NCBI GenBank assembly: GCA_965242535.1
Contig: OZ251458.1
Coordinates: forward strand, 4,294,525 to 4,358,524
Reading direction: 5' to 3'
Origin: Candidatus Latescibacterota bacterium
GTDB lineage: Bacteria; Latescibacterota; UBA2968
DNA length: 64,000 nt
Positions 1-9,480 of the stretch are shown here, in pieces (positions within the stretch are counted from its first letter, which is position 1; every line of letters starts with the position of its first letter). The position numbers and the translations under genes were made by a program. Under the pieces are notes generated by a model that saw only the letters and a program-made list of their open reading frames with translations, was not told where the DNA came from and searched no databases.

Positions 1-2372
1 AAGCGTTTCGGGGCAAAGAAGTCATCGTCGTTGCGGACCGGGCGAAATTGCGCGAAACGCCCGTCGCATTTTCAGATGTGCCCAAAGCCGATCTGGACCG
101 CAAACTCGGATCGCGCGATGTGCCGATGATCCTCAACGACACGCCCGGGGTCTATGCCACCGAGCAAGGCGGCGGCGCAGGGGATGCGCGCATCAATGTG
201 CGGGGGTTCGACCAGCGCAACGTCGCCGTGATGATCAACGGCGTGCCGGTCAACGACATGGAAAACGGGTGGGTCTATTGGTCGAACTGGGATGGGCTGA
301 CCGATGCCGCGTCGTCCATTCAGGTGCAACGCGGGTTGGGGGCGTCCAATCTGGCTATCGCCTCGGTGGGCGGCACGTTGAATATCGTCACGGACATCGC
401 CCGACAAGTACGCGGGTTTAAGATCAAACAAGAGGCGGGGAACAACTCCTTTTACAAAACCACGGTCCATTTTTCCTCTGGCCTGATGAACGACAAAACC
501 GCGCTCACCATGGGCATCGCGCGCAAAATTGGCGATGGCCTCATCGATCAGACCTGGACGACTGCGTGGTCGTATTTTGGCGCGTTGAGCTTTGCGGCTT
601 CCGAAACGCACAAACTCGATCTGTTCGTCATCGGCGCGCCCCAACGCCACGGGCACCGCCTCTACAAGCAATCCATCGCCACGTTCGATGCCGCTTACGC
701 CCGATCCTTGGGCATAGACGTAACGGACGCGAAAAACTACGGCGTTCGGTACAATCCCAACTGGGGCCGCTCGCCGCTTTCGTCCTACCGCGTGTATTAC
801 AACGGCGGGGAGCACGACGCACGCGACAGCGGGATCATCATGGAGCGCGAGAATTTCTATCACAAACCCCAAGTCAATTTGAACTGGTACTGGACGCCCC
901 ACAAGGCGTTTGTTTTGTCCAACGTGTTTTACGTTTCCCTCGGCAAGGGCGGCGGCACCGGGCGGTTGGGCCGTTCCCCGGGCGCGTTGCCCGACGGCAG
1001 CGTCAACTGGAAACGCGCCGTCGATGAGTGGAATATCCAAACCGCGTCGGATGCCGATCCGGATCTCGTGGCCGCAGGCGAGGTGGCAGGCGATGAGATC
1101 GCGGCGCAGACCCTCATCCGCAACTCGGTCAACCGACACGCTTGGTATGGGTATTTGGGCACGGGTGAATATCGGTTGAACGACGCCTATACCCTCGCTT
1201 TTGGCATCGATTTGCGCCATTACAAGGGCGAGCACTGGCGCGAGGTTCGCAACTTGCTCGGCGCGGATTACTACGTTTTCCCGTGGGACAACAACGCCGC
1301 GACCTCCGTCAAACGCCTGGGCGACAAAGTGTCCTATCACAACGATGGCCTCACGCGCTGGGGCGGCGGGTTTGCCCAAGTCGAGGGCAGGTTTGACAAA
1401 TTGACGGCGTTTTTGAGCACGTCTGCATCCATCACCGGGTACAAGCGGATCGATTATTTTCGCGCCAAAGTCGATGGGCAATGGGATCAGACGAGTTGGA
1501 AAAACTTCGCGGGCTACACCGTCAAAGTGGGAGGCAATTACAACGCGACTTCCGCGATCAATCTGTACGCCAACGCGGGATGGCTTTCCACCGCGCCCAA
1601 ATTCGATGCCGTGTACCACTACGACAACAGCTTGTACGACCCCACGTTCAACGAAAAAGTCGCTTCGTTTGAACTGGGCGCGGGCTATCTCAAGCGCGGC
1701 GTGGTCACGGGCAACGCCAATTTTTACTACACCCGATGGATCGACCGCTCCTGGCCCAAGAGCGTGTACAGCGAACGCCTCGACCAGAGCTTTCGGTTTT
1801 TGCTCAACGGCATTGACGCCCTGCACAGAGGCGTGGAGTTCGACTTGAAGGCGCGCGTCCATCCCATGTTCGAGATGCGCGGCATGGTGTCGCTGGGCAA
1901 CTGGGAATGGCTCAACGATGCAAACGTCACATTTTCACCCGAAGAAGACCCCGCGGATATCCACACCTTTCAAGTCTATGCCAAAGGGCTGAAGGTGGGC
2001 GACGCGGCGCAAAAAACCCTCGCCCTAAGCGGCGCGGTCTTTCCCGTGCGCGGCCTCTACGCCTCGCTGGGCCTGCGCCGATTCATGGATCACTACGCCA
2101 AATTCGATCCCGCCAATCGCACCGATGCCGACGACCGCAGCCAGTCGTGGAAACTCCCGAATTACAATTTGGTGGATTTGCACGCGGGTTACACCTTGCC
2201 CGGCAATGCCTTTGGAAAGGGCAAATTGAAACTGCAGTTGCACGTTTTCAACTTGTTCAACGCGCGCTACGTATCCGACGCGGATGACGGCAACGCACAC
2301 GACGCAGGATCCGCCCGCGTCTTCCTCGGCCTCCCGCGCCGCTGGAATATCTCGCTATCCTACGATCATTAA
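1..2372 (+). CDS. TonB-dependent outer membrane receptor (5' end outside window)
   Basis: Open frame from window start; plug motif INVRGFDQRNVAVMINGVPVND; C-terminal LHVFNLFNARY...PRRWNISLSY beta-barrel end. Confidence 0.9.
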   Translation, partial: AFRGKEVIVVADRAKLRETPVAFSDVPKADLDRKLGSRDVPMILNDTPGVYATEQGGGAGDARINVRGFDQRNVAVMINGVPVNDMENGWVYWSNWDGLTDAASSIQVQRGLGASNLAIASVGGTLNIVTDIARQVRGFKIKQEAGNNSFYKTTVHFSSGLMNDKTALTMGIARKIGDGLIDQTWTTAWSYFGALSFAASETHKLDLFVIGAPQRHGHRLYKQSIATFDAAYARSLGIDVTDAKNYGVRYNPNWGRSPLSSYRVYYNGGEHDARDSGIIMERENFYHKPQVNLNWYWTPHKAFVLSNVFYVSLGKGGGTGRLGRSPGALPDGSVNWKRAVDEWNIQTASDADPDLVAAGEVAGDEIAAQTLIRNSVNRHAWYGYLGTGEYRLNDAYTLAFGIDLRHYKGEHWREVRNLLGADYYVFPWDNNAATSVKRLGDKVSYHNDGLTRWGGGFAQVEGRFDKLTAFLSTSASITGYKRIDYFRAKVDGQWDQTSWKNFAGYTVKVGGNYNATSAINLYANAGWLSTAPKFDAVYHYDNSLYDPTFNEKVASFELGAGYLKRGVVTGNANFYYTRWIDRSWPKSVYSERLDQSFRFLLNGIDALHRGVEFDLKARVHPMFEMRGMVSLGNWEWLNDANVTFSPEEDPADIHTFQVYAKGLKVGDAAQKTLALSGAVFPVRGLYASLGLRRFMDHYAKFDPANRTDADDRSQSWKLPNYNLVDLHAGYTLPGNAFGKGKLKLQLHVFNLFNARYVSDADDGNAHDAGSARVFLGLPRRWNISLSYDH

Positions 2373-2399
2373 AACCGCGAGAGACGAGCGGAACGGGAT

Positions 2400-2445
2400 A
2401 TGAAGGCGAGTAATCCGAGCATGAAGGCGAGTAATCCGAGCATGA
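2400..2445. repeat. 21-bp tandem duplication ATGAAGGCGAGTAATCCGAGC x2
   Basis: Seen directly. Confidence 0.85.
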
Positions 2446-2566
2446 CTGCGACGAGATGCGGCGGTTGTGGGATCGGGATTGAGAGGCGGGGCGTCGATCA
2501 ACATCTCACGTCGGGACAGAATCGAAACATGCCGTCGGGGCGAATGCGAAGATGCGAAAACAGAAC

Positions 2567-2594
2567 GTCGGGGCGAAAAATTTTTCGCCCCGAC
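2567..2594. repeat. REP-like perfect palindrome GTCGGGGCGAAAAATTTTTCGCCCCGAC, with partial copies at about 2510 and 2534
   Basis: Palindrome with the same architecture as the GTAAGGGCG family elsewhere in the window. Confidence 0.7.
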
Positions 2595-2678
2595 ATCCAT
2601 CGACATATCGGTCGCCTGCAAGATCCCTCGGTGAACTCGGCCCGCTGGACCTCAAAGTTCAAATGGAAGCATCCCCAA

Positions 2679-3341
2679 ATGACTGCCGACCTCAAACCCT
2701 ATCCCCACTACAAGCCCTCTGGCATCGAGTGGCTCGGCGACGTACCCGCGCATTGGGACGTGCGGCGGTTGAAATTTTCCGTAGAGAATGTTTCTGACCA
2801 AACACGCAAACGCAGAGAGCGCGAAATCTACCTTGCGATGGAACATGTTGAAAGTTGGACGGGCAAGTACAACGAAGCCGGGCCGGATGTGGTCTTTGAC
2901 AGTCAGGTTAAGCGATTCAAGGCGGGCGATGTGCTGTTCGGCAAGTTGCGGCCTTATTTGGCGAAGGTGACACGTCCTAATCGTCCGGGTGTCTGCGTAG
3001 GCGAATTTTTGGTATTGCGACCTCGTGCTCGTGATATGTCCCCCGGTTATTTGGAGTATCTGATGCGATCAAAGCCAGTTATAGATGCCATCAACGCTTC
3101 GACATTTGGAGCCAAGATGCCGCGTACAGACTGGCAATTTATCGGTGGTATGGTGCAACCCATCCCACCCCTCGCCGAGCAGGCCGCCATCGCCGCGTAT
3201 CTCGACGAACAGACCGCCGCGGTTGACGCCGCGATGGCCCGTGCCCGTCGGGAGATCGAATTGTTGACTGAGTATCGCATCCGCCTGATCGCCGATGTGG
3301 TCACCGGTCAAGTGGATGTGCGCGAGGTGGTCGGGCGTTGA
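2679..3341 (+). CDS. hsdS: Half-size (single-TRD) type I restriction-modification specificity subunit, orphan
   Basis: N-terminal KPYPHYKPSGIEWLGDVPAHW; FKAGDVLFGKLRPYL; GAKMPR; PPLAEQAAIAAYLD; C-terminal LIADVVTGQVDVR; about 220 aa. Confidence 0.8.
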   Translation: MTADLKPYPHYKPSGIEWLGDVPAHWDVRRLKFSVENVSDQTRKRREREIYLAMEHVESWTGKYNEAGPDVVFDSQVKRFKAGDVLFGKLRPYLAKVTRPNRPGVCVGEFLVLRPRARDMSPGYLEYLMRSKPVIDAINASTFGAKMPRTDWQFIGGMVQPIPPLAEQAAIAAYLDEQTAAVDAAMARARREIELLTEYRIRLIADVVTGQVDVREVVGR

Positions 3342-3358
3342 GGCTCTATATATAAATC

Positions 3359-3459
3359 ATTCTACTTGACGGGTACTTGATTGACAATCTATGAGGCGAG
3401 TCTCTATTTTTCCTAACTTGCTGAAGATACGACATTTATTCTACTTGACGGGTACTTGA
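3359..3459. repeat. 22-bp direct repeat ATTCTACTTGACGGGTACTTGA (3359-3380, 3438-3459)
   Basis: Seen directly, in an AT-rich intergenic stretch. Confidence 0.8.
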
Positions 3460-3646
3460 CTGGCGTTGCCATGACCGCCAAACCATCCGTTCATTTGCAA
3501 TCGGGCGGTAAATTGCCCCTTTCGCGCTTTTGCTGATGGCGTGCGCGTCTTTCACAGTGGTAGCCATCTCTCGCATCGCAATGCCCGTGCGAAATCCCAA
3601 ATCGAGTTCAGGCTCGATTCGGGATCACAAACTGGAGAATCCAATA

Positions 3647-3853
3647 ATGAGCGAAATCATTTTTGAAGTAACCGAGGCGACCGAAGGCGGCTATGACGCC
3701 AAGGCGTTGGGCCATAACATTTTTACGCAGGGCCGGGATTGGGCCGATCTGAAGGCCATGGCGAAAGACGCCGTACTCTGCCATTTCGACGAGGGCGGCG
3801 CGCCCCAAGTCATCCGGCTGCATCTCGTCAATGAAGAAGCCATCGCCGTATGA
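3647..3853 (+). CDS. HicB-like antitoxin (short form)
   Basis: EIIFEVTEATEGGYDAKALGHNIFTQG...DAVLCHF; GGAG RBS; ATGA overlap with the hicA-like start. Confidence 0.75.
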   Translation: MSEIIFEVTEATEGGYDAKALGHNIFTQGRDWADLKAMAKDAVLCHFDEGGAPQVIRLHLVNEEAIAV

Positions 3854-3945
3854 AACTGCCCCGCGACCTATCCGGCGATGACTTGGCGAAGTTACTACGC
3901 CATCACTATGGCTACCGGCTCATCCGGCAGAAAGGCAGTCGCCTG
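3850..3945 (+). pseudogene. HicA toxin N-terminal fragment
   Basis: MKLPRDLSGDDLAKLL..YGYRLIRQKGS; similarity stops exactly where the GSH catalytic His is expected, then heptamer repeats follow. Confidence 0.7.
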
Positions 3946-4005
3946 CCTCTTACCTCTTGCGTCTCCCGTCTCCCGTCTCCCCTTTCACCTCTCAAGGAGT
4001 TTTTC

Positions 4006-5082
4006 ATGCATGAACTCGTAAACGGAATCGTGCCGACACAGGCGGGGGAGCGAGAACGCTTGGTCCGCGTTGGCGCGTTGAAGAAGACCGCGCAGAGATT
4101 GTACGAAGCGGTTGGCGTGCCGAGGGCCGATGCGCGATTGATGGCGCAGTTGCAGGTGGAGACCGATGTGCGCGGGGTTCACTCGCACGGCACGCGGCAT
4201 GTGCCGAATTACTTGAAGCGCATTCAGACCGGGCACACCAATCCCAAACCCGAAATCCGCGTCGTGCGCGAAGGGCCTGCGTGGGCCACTGTGGATGGCG
4301 ATGGCGGACTGGGGCATCTGCCCTCGTATCGGGCCATGCAACTGGCTATCGCCAAAGCGGACGAACTGGGCATTGCCGCGACGACGGTGATCCACAGCCG
4401 GCACTACGGCGCAGCGGCGTGTTATGCCACCATGGCATTGGAACGCGACATGATCGGCTTTTGCGTGTCGAGCAGCAGCCGAGGCGTCGCGCCTTATGGG
4501 GGCGTCGACCGCCTGTTGGGCAACCACGCCTTGGCTTATGCGATCCCCGCGGGCCGGGAATATCCCATCGTGCTGGACATGGCCACGGGCCGCTCGGCAT
4601 GGGGCCGCGTGGCGACCATGCGCTTGTACGGGCGAAAATTAGAAGGCGCGTGGGTGTTGGACAAAGATGGGCAGGTGACGGACGATCCGCATCGCGCCCA
4701 CGCGCTCGTAGCGCCCGGCGGCGCGAAAGGGTCGGGACTGAATATCGTGATGGACGTGTTGAGCGGCATTCTCCCATTTGGCTTGGCCACGGTGAATCGG
4801 GAACCCGAACTCCAGGGACAACGGCGGGCGAGCCACTTTTTTCAAGCCATCAAAATCGAAACGTTTTGCGACGTATCGGATTTCAAACGGGAAGTGGATC
4901 GGATGATCCAAACCATCCGCGCGTCTCGGCCGCGCGAAGGCGTGGACCGCATCTACGTGCCGGGCGAGATCGAGTGGTTGAAAAAGGCAACGTGGGAAAA
5001 GACAGGGATCCCGTTGCACGAAACGCATGTGGAAAGCTTGGAAAACGCTGCCGCCGAACTGGACGTCGAGGTGGCATGGTGA
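4006..5082 (+). CDS. Ldh_2 family (malate/L-lactate/ureidoglycolate-type) oxidoreductase
   Basis: RGVHSHG, VDGDGGLG, HYGAA, LDMAT, KGSGL, YVPGE motifs; AAGGAG RBS. Confidence 0.88.
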   Translation: MHELVNGIVPTQAGERERLVRVGALKKTAQRLYEAVGVPRADARLMAQLQVETDVRGVHSHGTRHVPNYLKRIQTGHTNPKPEIRVVREGPAWATVDGDGGLGHLPSYRAMQLAIAKADELGIAATTVIHSRHYGAAACYATMALERDMIGFCVSSSSRGVAPYGGVDRLLGNHALAYAIPAGREYPIVLDMATGRSAWGRVATMRLYGRKLEGAWVLDKDGQVTDDPHRAHALVAPGGAKGSGLNIVMDVLSGILPFGLATVNREPELQGQRRASHFFQAIKIETFCDVSDFKREVDRMIQTIRASRPREGVDRIYVPGEIEWLKKATWEKTGIPLHETHVESLENAAAELDVEVAW

Positions 5083-5087
5083 GGGAT

Positions 5088-6146
5088 ATGGCCGATCAAA
5101 ACAAACCGCTGGTCTCGATCATCGTACCGCATTACTTGGGCGATATCCTCTCGGAGTGTCTGACGTTTGTGTACGAACGCACGTCAGACATTTCTTTTGA
5201 AGTCATCGTCGCAGACGACCAGCCCTATCCCGATGGCAGCCTGGCGCGGGCAAAAGAGCGATTTCCAGACATTCGCATCGTCAAAACCGGCGGGGGAAAT
5301 GGCACGCCGAGCAAGGGCATGGGCGCCGGGTGCAACCGGGGGTTGGAGGCGGCGCGGGGTACGTACGCGATGTTGCTCAATTCCGATGTGGAAGTGGGCG
5401 AGGGCTGGTTGCCGCCGCTGCTCGCTACCCTGCGTTCCGACGCGAGGATTGGCGCGTGCCAGCCTAGGGTGCGATCCCTGCGCGACCGCAAGATGTTCGA
5501 TTACGGCGGCGCCGCGGGCGGCCTGATGGACCGATGGGGATTTACGTTTTGCCAAGGCCGCATTTTTGAATTTGTCGAAGAGGACGTGGGGCAATACGAC
5601 CATCCCCGCGATATTTTTTGGGCCGTGGGCGGCGCGATGTTTTTGCGGATGGCGTGCCTCAAACAAACGGGCCTGATGGACGAGGGCTTTTTTATGCACA
5701 TGGAAGAGATCGATTTGTGCTGGCGATTTCACTTGGCCGGCTACCGCCTCGTGTACGTGCCGGATTCCGTTCTGTATCACTACAACGGCTTTACGCTGCG
5801 TGCAGACAGCTACAAAAAAGCGTATTTCAACCACCGCAACCAACTCGTGATGCTGCTGAAAAACCTCTCCCTGTCGCGCTTGCTGTACACAATCCCCATT
5901 CGCCTGGGCATGGAATTGGCAAATGTGGTGTTGTTGCTCAAGGGCAACTGGAAACACCCGGTCGCGGCACTCGCCGGCTTGCTGTGGGTCTTGTTGCATC
6001 CGGTCGATATCCTGCGGCGCAGGCGAAAAACCCAACGGATGAGAAGCGTGGGCGACAGCGAGATCGAACGCAAGTTGTTTCGGGGGTCCGTGGTGTACCG
6101 CCATTTCATCCGCGGCGCGAAAACCGTGCGCGACTTGGGCGCGTGA
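5088..6146 (+). CDS. Glycosyltransferase family 2
   Basis: VSIIVP, GCNRG, LLNSDVEV, FMHMEEIDLCWR motifs. Confidence 0.9.
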   Translation: MADQNKPLVSIIVPHYLGDILSECLTFVYERTSDISFEVIVADDQPYPDGSLARAKERFPDIRIVKTGGGNGTPSKGMGAGCNRGLEAARGTYAMLLNSDVEVGEGWLPPLLATLRSDARIGACQPRVRSLRDRKMFDYGGAAGGLMDRWGFTFCQGRIFEFVEEDVGQYDHPRDIFWAVGGAMFLRMACLKQTGLMDEGFFMHMEEIDLCWRFHLAGYRLVYVPDSVLYHYNGFTLRADSYKKAYFNHRNQLVMLLKNLSLSRLLYTIPIRLGMELANVVLLLKGNWKHPVAALAGLLWVLLHPVDILRRRRKTQRMRSVGDSEIERKLFRGSVVYRHFIRGAKTVRDLGA

Positions 6147-6180
6147 GGGAATATCGCGGGAGTGCCTCTATCCCCTATTT

Positions 6181-6300
6181 GTACCAACTCATTCTGTATT
6201 CCATCGTTGTAGGGACAGGCCCCCGTGCCTGTCCGAATGTTGGACAACCACAGGGGGTTGTCCCTACGAGGGCATTTTTATTTTGCACATCGAGTTGGTA
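6181..6300. mobile_element. 120-bp MITE-like unit with 10-bp TIR GTACCAACTC/GAGTTGGTAC, enclosing an inverted REP pair
   Basis: Perfect terminal inverted repeats; internal GTAGGGACAGGCCCCCGTGCCTGTCC and GGACAACCACAGGGGGTTGTCCCTAC. Confidence 0.65.
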
Positions 6301-6331
6301 CAGATTCCCTAGCCCTACCCGGAGAAATGTC

Positions 6332-7498
6332 ATGAAAGCAATCGGTCTCATGTCTGGCACGTCTGCCGATGGCGTGGATGCCGCGCTCGTGGAGATCGGC
6401 GAATCCGATGGGCGCGTGTTTTTGATCGGGTATTGCGAAGTGCCGTTCCCCGCGTCTGTCAGGCAGGAGATTTTGTCCCTTTGCGAAAGCGGGCGCGTGG
6501 ATGCGATCTGCCGCATGGACGCCGCATTGGGCGAGTGGTTTGCAGACGCCGCCCTGCGCGTGTGCGAACGAGCGGGCATCGGTCCCGAAGAAGTCGACGT
6601 GATCGGATCTCACGGGCAAACGATTCACCACCTGCCCGCACTCGGACAAAGCGCAGGCAAACGAGTGCGGTCAACCCTGCAAATCGGCAATCCCTCGGTC
6701 ATCGCAGAGCGCACGGGCATTGCGACCGTGTCGGACTTTCGGGCGCGGGATATGGCCGCAGGCGGGCAGGGCGCGCCGCTCGTGCCGCTGGTGGATTACC
6801 TTCTGTTTCGCTCCGAAAACGCGGGCCGCGTCATGCTCAACATCGGCGGCATCGCCAATGTCAATGTATTGCCCGCGGGGTGCGACATATCAGACGTATT
6901 CGCGTTCGACACCGGGCCTGGCAACATGGTCATCGACGGCGTCATGCAAGCACTTACGCATGGCAAACGCGCTTATGACCAAAACGGCGCACTCGCGGCC
7001 CAAGGCCGAGTCTGTCAATCCCTGTTGGACGACCTCATGGCGCACCCCTTCTTCGACCTGCCCCCTCCCAAATCGACCGGACGCGAGGACTTCGGGGATG
7101 CCGTGGTCCGCAAAATCCTCAACTGCGGCGGAACCCCGGAAGACCTCCTCCGAACGACGACGCAATGGACCGTGCAAACCATCGCACTCGGCCTCGAGCG
7201 ATTCGTTTTCCCCCGGTGCGAAATCCGCGAAGTCATCGCAAGCGGCGGCGGCGCGTACAACTCGACCCTCATGGCACTCTTGACCCGCACACTCGGTTGC
7301 ATCTCCCTGCGCCGACTGGACGACTTGGGCATGGCATCCAACGCAAAAGAAGCCATCGCCTTCGCAATTCTGGCGTGCCAAACCGTACAGGGCCTCCCCG
7401 GCAACGTGCCGAGCGTAACGGCCGCGTCCAAACGAGTGGTCCTCGGCAGCATCACCCCGGGCCGCCGTTTGCAAATAAAAATTGATTCCCCGCGCTGA
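6332..7498 (+). CDS. anmK: Anhydro-N-acetylmuramic acid kinase
   Basis: IGLMSGTSADGVD, GSHGQT, DFRARDMAAGGQGAPLVP, NIGGIAN, FDTGPGN, PKSTGRE. Confidence 0.96.
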   Translation: MKAIGLMSGTSADGVDAALVEIGESDGRVFLIGYCEVPFPASVRQEILSLCESGRVDAICRMDAALGEWFADAALRVCERAGIGPEEVDVIGSHGQTIHHLPALGQSAGKRVRSTLQIGNPSVIAERTGIATVSDFRARDMAAGGQGAPLVPLVDYLLFRSENAGRVMLNIGGIANVNVLPAGCDISDVFAFDTGPGNMVIDGVMQALTHGKRAYDQNGALAAQGRVCQSLLDDLMAHPFFDLPPPKSTGREDFGDAVVRKILNCGGTPEDLLRTTTQWTVQTIALGLERFVFPRCEIREVIASGGGAYNSTLMALLTRTLGCISLRRLDDLGMASNAKEAIAFAILACQTVQGLPGNVPSVTAASKRVVLGSITPGRRLQIKIDSPR

Positions 7499-7550
7499 GT
7501 TTGGTAATTTTCAATCGCTGAATGCGAAAAAACGAAAAGTCATTGGATTA

Positions 7551-7969
7551 CTTATTACTCTGTAAATGAAATGATACCAAATTTTGATACGCACCAACCC
7601 GCACCGACATTGCTCGCTTTTCTAAAGCGTTTGGTCCTATCGCAACGTTAGTTGCCTTTGATGCCTTCGGCGACCTACTTTTTGTCAACAGCAACAAAAA
7701 GTAGGCGAGCGGGGTACAACTGCCCTAGCAGTTCAAAAATGCCGCTCTCATGCGCCGAGGGGCTAGCACAGCGCAAATCGCTTTTGTAATCGCACGACAT
7801 GCGCCAGCCTGCAAAGTGGGTTGCAAAATGGATGTTGGTTGCGAAACGGACTTGCGCGCTGTGCCCGATGGCTTTCGTTGATGAACTTTTGGGATGGCAC
7901 GGGTTGCGATGGCTTCTCTGAAGGACGGTGGAACAGCAAAGCGATCCCGATAATGAATTAGTTGATACA
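7551..7969 (+). repeat. Large structured intergenic element, copy 1 (about 400 bp)
   Basis: Homologous to copies at 22.3, 25.9, 30.1, 47.6 and 57.7 kb; TACCAA-like inverted ends. Confidence 0.9.
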
Positions 7970-8017
7970 AATGGCCTCTCGCCTCTCCCGTCTCCCGTCT
8001 CCCCTCTCACCTGCCTT

Positions 8018-8839
8018 ATGTCCGACATCCTACTCATAGCAACCGCCAGTGCGTACATCGCCAGCGCGTTGGGGTACGCCCTCCACTTTCACCGGCCCAA
8101 AGCCCTGTGGCGCGGGTTGAGCACATGGGGCCTGTGGGCCGGGTGGGGCCTGCACACCGCGTTGTTGGGCGCGATAGCGATGGCCACGGGCGGCATCCCC
8201 TTGACCAATCAGGTCTTGCCCTCTTTGTGCGCGTGGTTGGTCGTGGTCGTTTACGCCTATCTCGAAATGAGTAGCCGAGACCGATCTTTGGGCGCGCTCA
8301 TCGTGCCCATCGTGGTGATCTTGCACCTGTTGACGCTGTCCAAATTGTTCGGCATCGAGCACATCCAAGGCACGGGATACAGCGGCGGGTGGTTCAAACT
8401 CCACGTCTTGGCGTATCTCCTCGCGTACACGGCATTTGCGATTTCCTGCGTCGGAGGCATCATGTACCTCATGCTCTTGGGCGAAATTCAGGCCAAGCAC
8501 TTTGGGTTTTTCTACGGTCGATTGCCGTCTCTCGAAGTGTTGAACCAGATCACCAACCGCGCCGCCACTTTTGGCTTTGTCTTCTTGACGAGTGGGTGCA
8601 TCGCCAGTTCGGTGTGGGCGTTTCAGCATCTCTCGCAGGTCTCGATTTGGCGCGAGCCCGTGTTTTTGCCCGTGCTCATCGCTTGGATCATCTACGCGGG
8701 CAACCTCGCGGCGCGCTTGTGGGGCGGCTGGCAGGGCAAGCGAGCCGCGTTTTTGTCCATCATCGGGTTCGCGCTCGTGGTGCTCGCCTTTCCCGTGGTG
8801 GGCGTTCTCTTTTCCGGCCCCCACAACGTAGGGCCTTGA
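8018..8839 (+). CDS. ccsA: Cytochrome c assembly protein (CcsA/HemX-like)
   Basis: Multiple TM helices; HV..Y, RLPSLEVL, GWQGKRAA; lies upstream of hemA. Confidence 0.85.
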   Translation: MSDILLIATASAYIASALGYALHFHRPKALWRGLSTWGLWAGWGLHTALLGAIAMATGGIPLTNQVLPSLCAWLVVVVYAYLEMSSRDRSLGALIVPIVVILHLLTLSKLFGIEHIQGTGYSGGWFKLHVLAYLLAYTAFAISCVGGIMYLMLLGEIQAKHFGFFYGRLPSLEVLNQITNRAATFGFVFLTSGCIASSVWAFQHLSQVSIWREPVFLPVLIAWIIYAGNLAARLWGGWQGKRAAFLSIIGFALVVLAFPVVGVLFSGPHNVGP

Positions 8840-8841
8840 CC

Positions 8842-9480
8842 ATGCGCTATCCCGTGTTTTTGAACTTGGAGGACAAGCCGTGTGTCGTCATCGGCGCGGG
8901 GCGGATTGCCGAGCGCAGGGTTCGCGGCCTGTGCGATGCAAATGCGCGCGTGAAAGTCGTGGGGATGATCGCGACTCCGGGCATCCTAAATCTGGCGGAC
9001 GCGGGTGCGATTCGCCTGTGCCAACGGGCGTTTGAACCCGCGGATCTCGAGGGCTGCTTTCTCGCCATCGCCGCGACCGACAATGCCTGCGTCAATCGGG
9101 CCGTGCAAAAGGCAGCGCGGCGCCGAGGCGTCTTGTTCTGCGGCGCGGATTCGCGCGCGGACGGCGATTTTACCGTGCCCGCCGTGGCGCGGCGCGGCGC
9201 GTTGCAACTGGCGATCTCCACAGGAGGAGGCAGTCCCGCGTACGCCAAGCTGTTGCGCCGCGAATTGGAACGCTATTTGGAAGAGGGCCACGCGCAGTTG
9301 TTGGACTTGCTGTGCGATTTGCGCCCCAAAGTCCAGGCGCGATTTCCCGACGCGCCAAAGCGTCGAGAAAAGTTTTGGCGAGCGTTGGTCACGGCCGATA
9401 TCCTGACCATGGCGCGAAGGGGTCAATGGGCCGAAATTGAGGAGCGGATAAAAGCATGTCTCTCGTCGTCATTGGACTGA
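8842..9480 (+). CDS. Precorrin-2 dehydrogenase/sirohydrochlorin ferrochelatase (SirC/CysG N-terminal)
   Basis: YPVFLNL, VIGAGRIAERR, AATDN, AISTGGGSP. Confidence 0.92.
   Translation: MRYPVFLNLEDKPCVVIGAGRIAERRVRGLCDANARVKVVGMIATPGILNLADAGAIRLCQRAFEPADLEGCFLAIAATDNACVNRAVQKAARRRGVLFCGADSRADGDFTVPAVARRGALQLAISTGGGSPAYAKLLRRELERYLEEGHAQLLDLLCDLRPKVQARFPDAPKRREKFWRALVTADILTMARRGQWAEIEERIKACLSSSLD

Noticed and set aside
72-1862. Long antisense or alternate-frame ORFs (e.g. 72-1862, 22635-24050, 26278-27492, 28807-30135, 42305-44152, 52549-54105)
   Set aside because: They shadow well-supported genes, are expected from GC-rich codon bias, and carry no recognisable motifs.
3850-5082. HicA-Ldh fusion protein (410 aa)
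   Set aside because: The linker is heptamer repeat and ldh has its own RBS and ATG at 4006; the in-frame read-through is likely incidental.
4281-7498. Long N-terminal extensions of GT2, anmK, sirC, nfeD and the aldolase in the ORF track
   Set aside because: They overlap upstream genes; family-typical starts lie downstream, several with an RBS.
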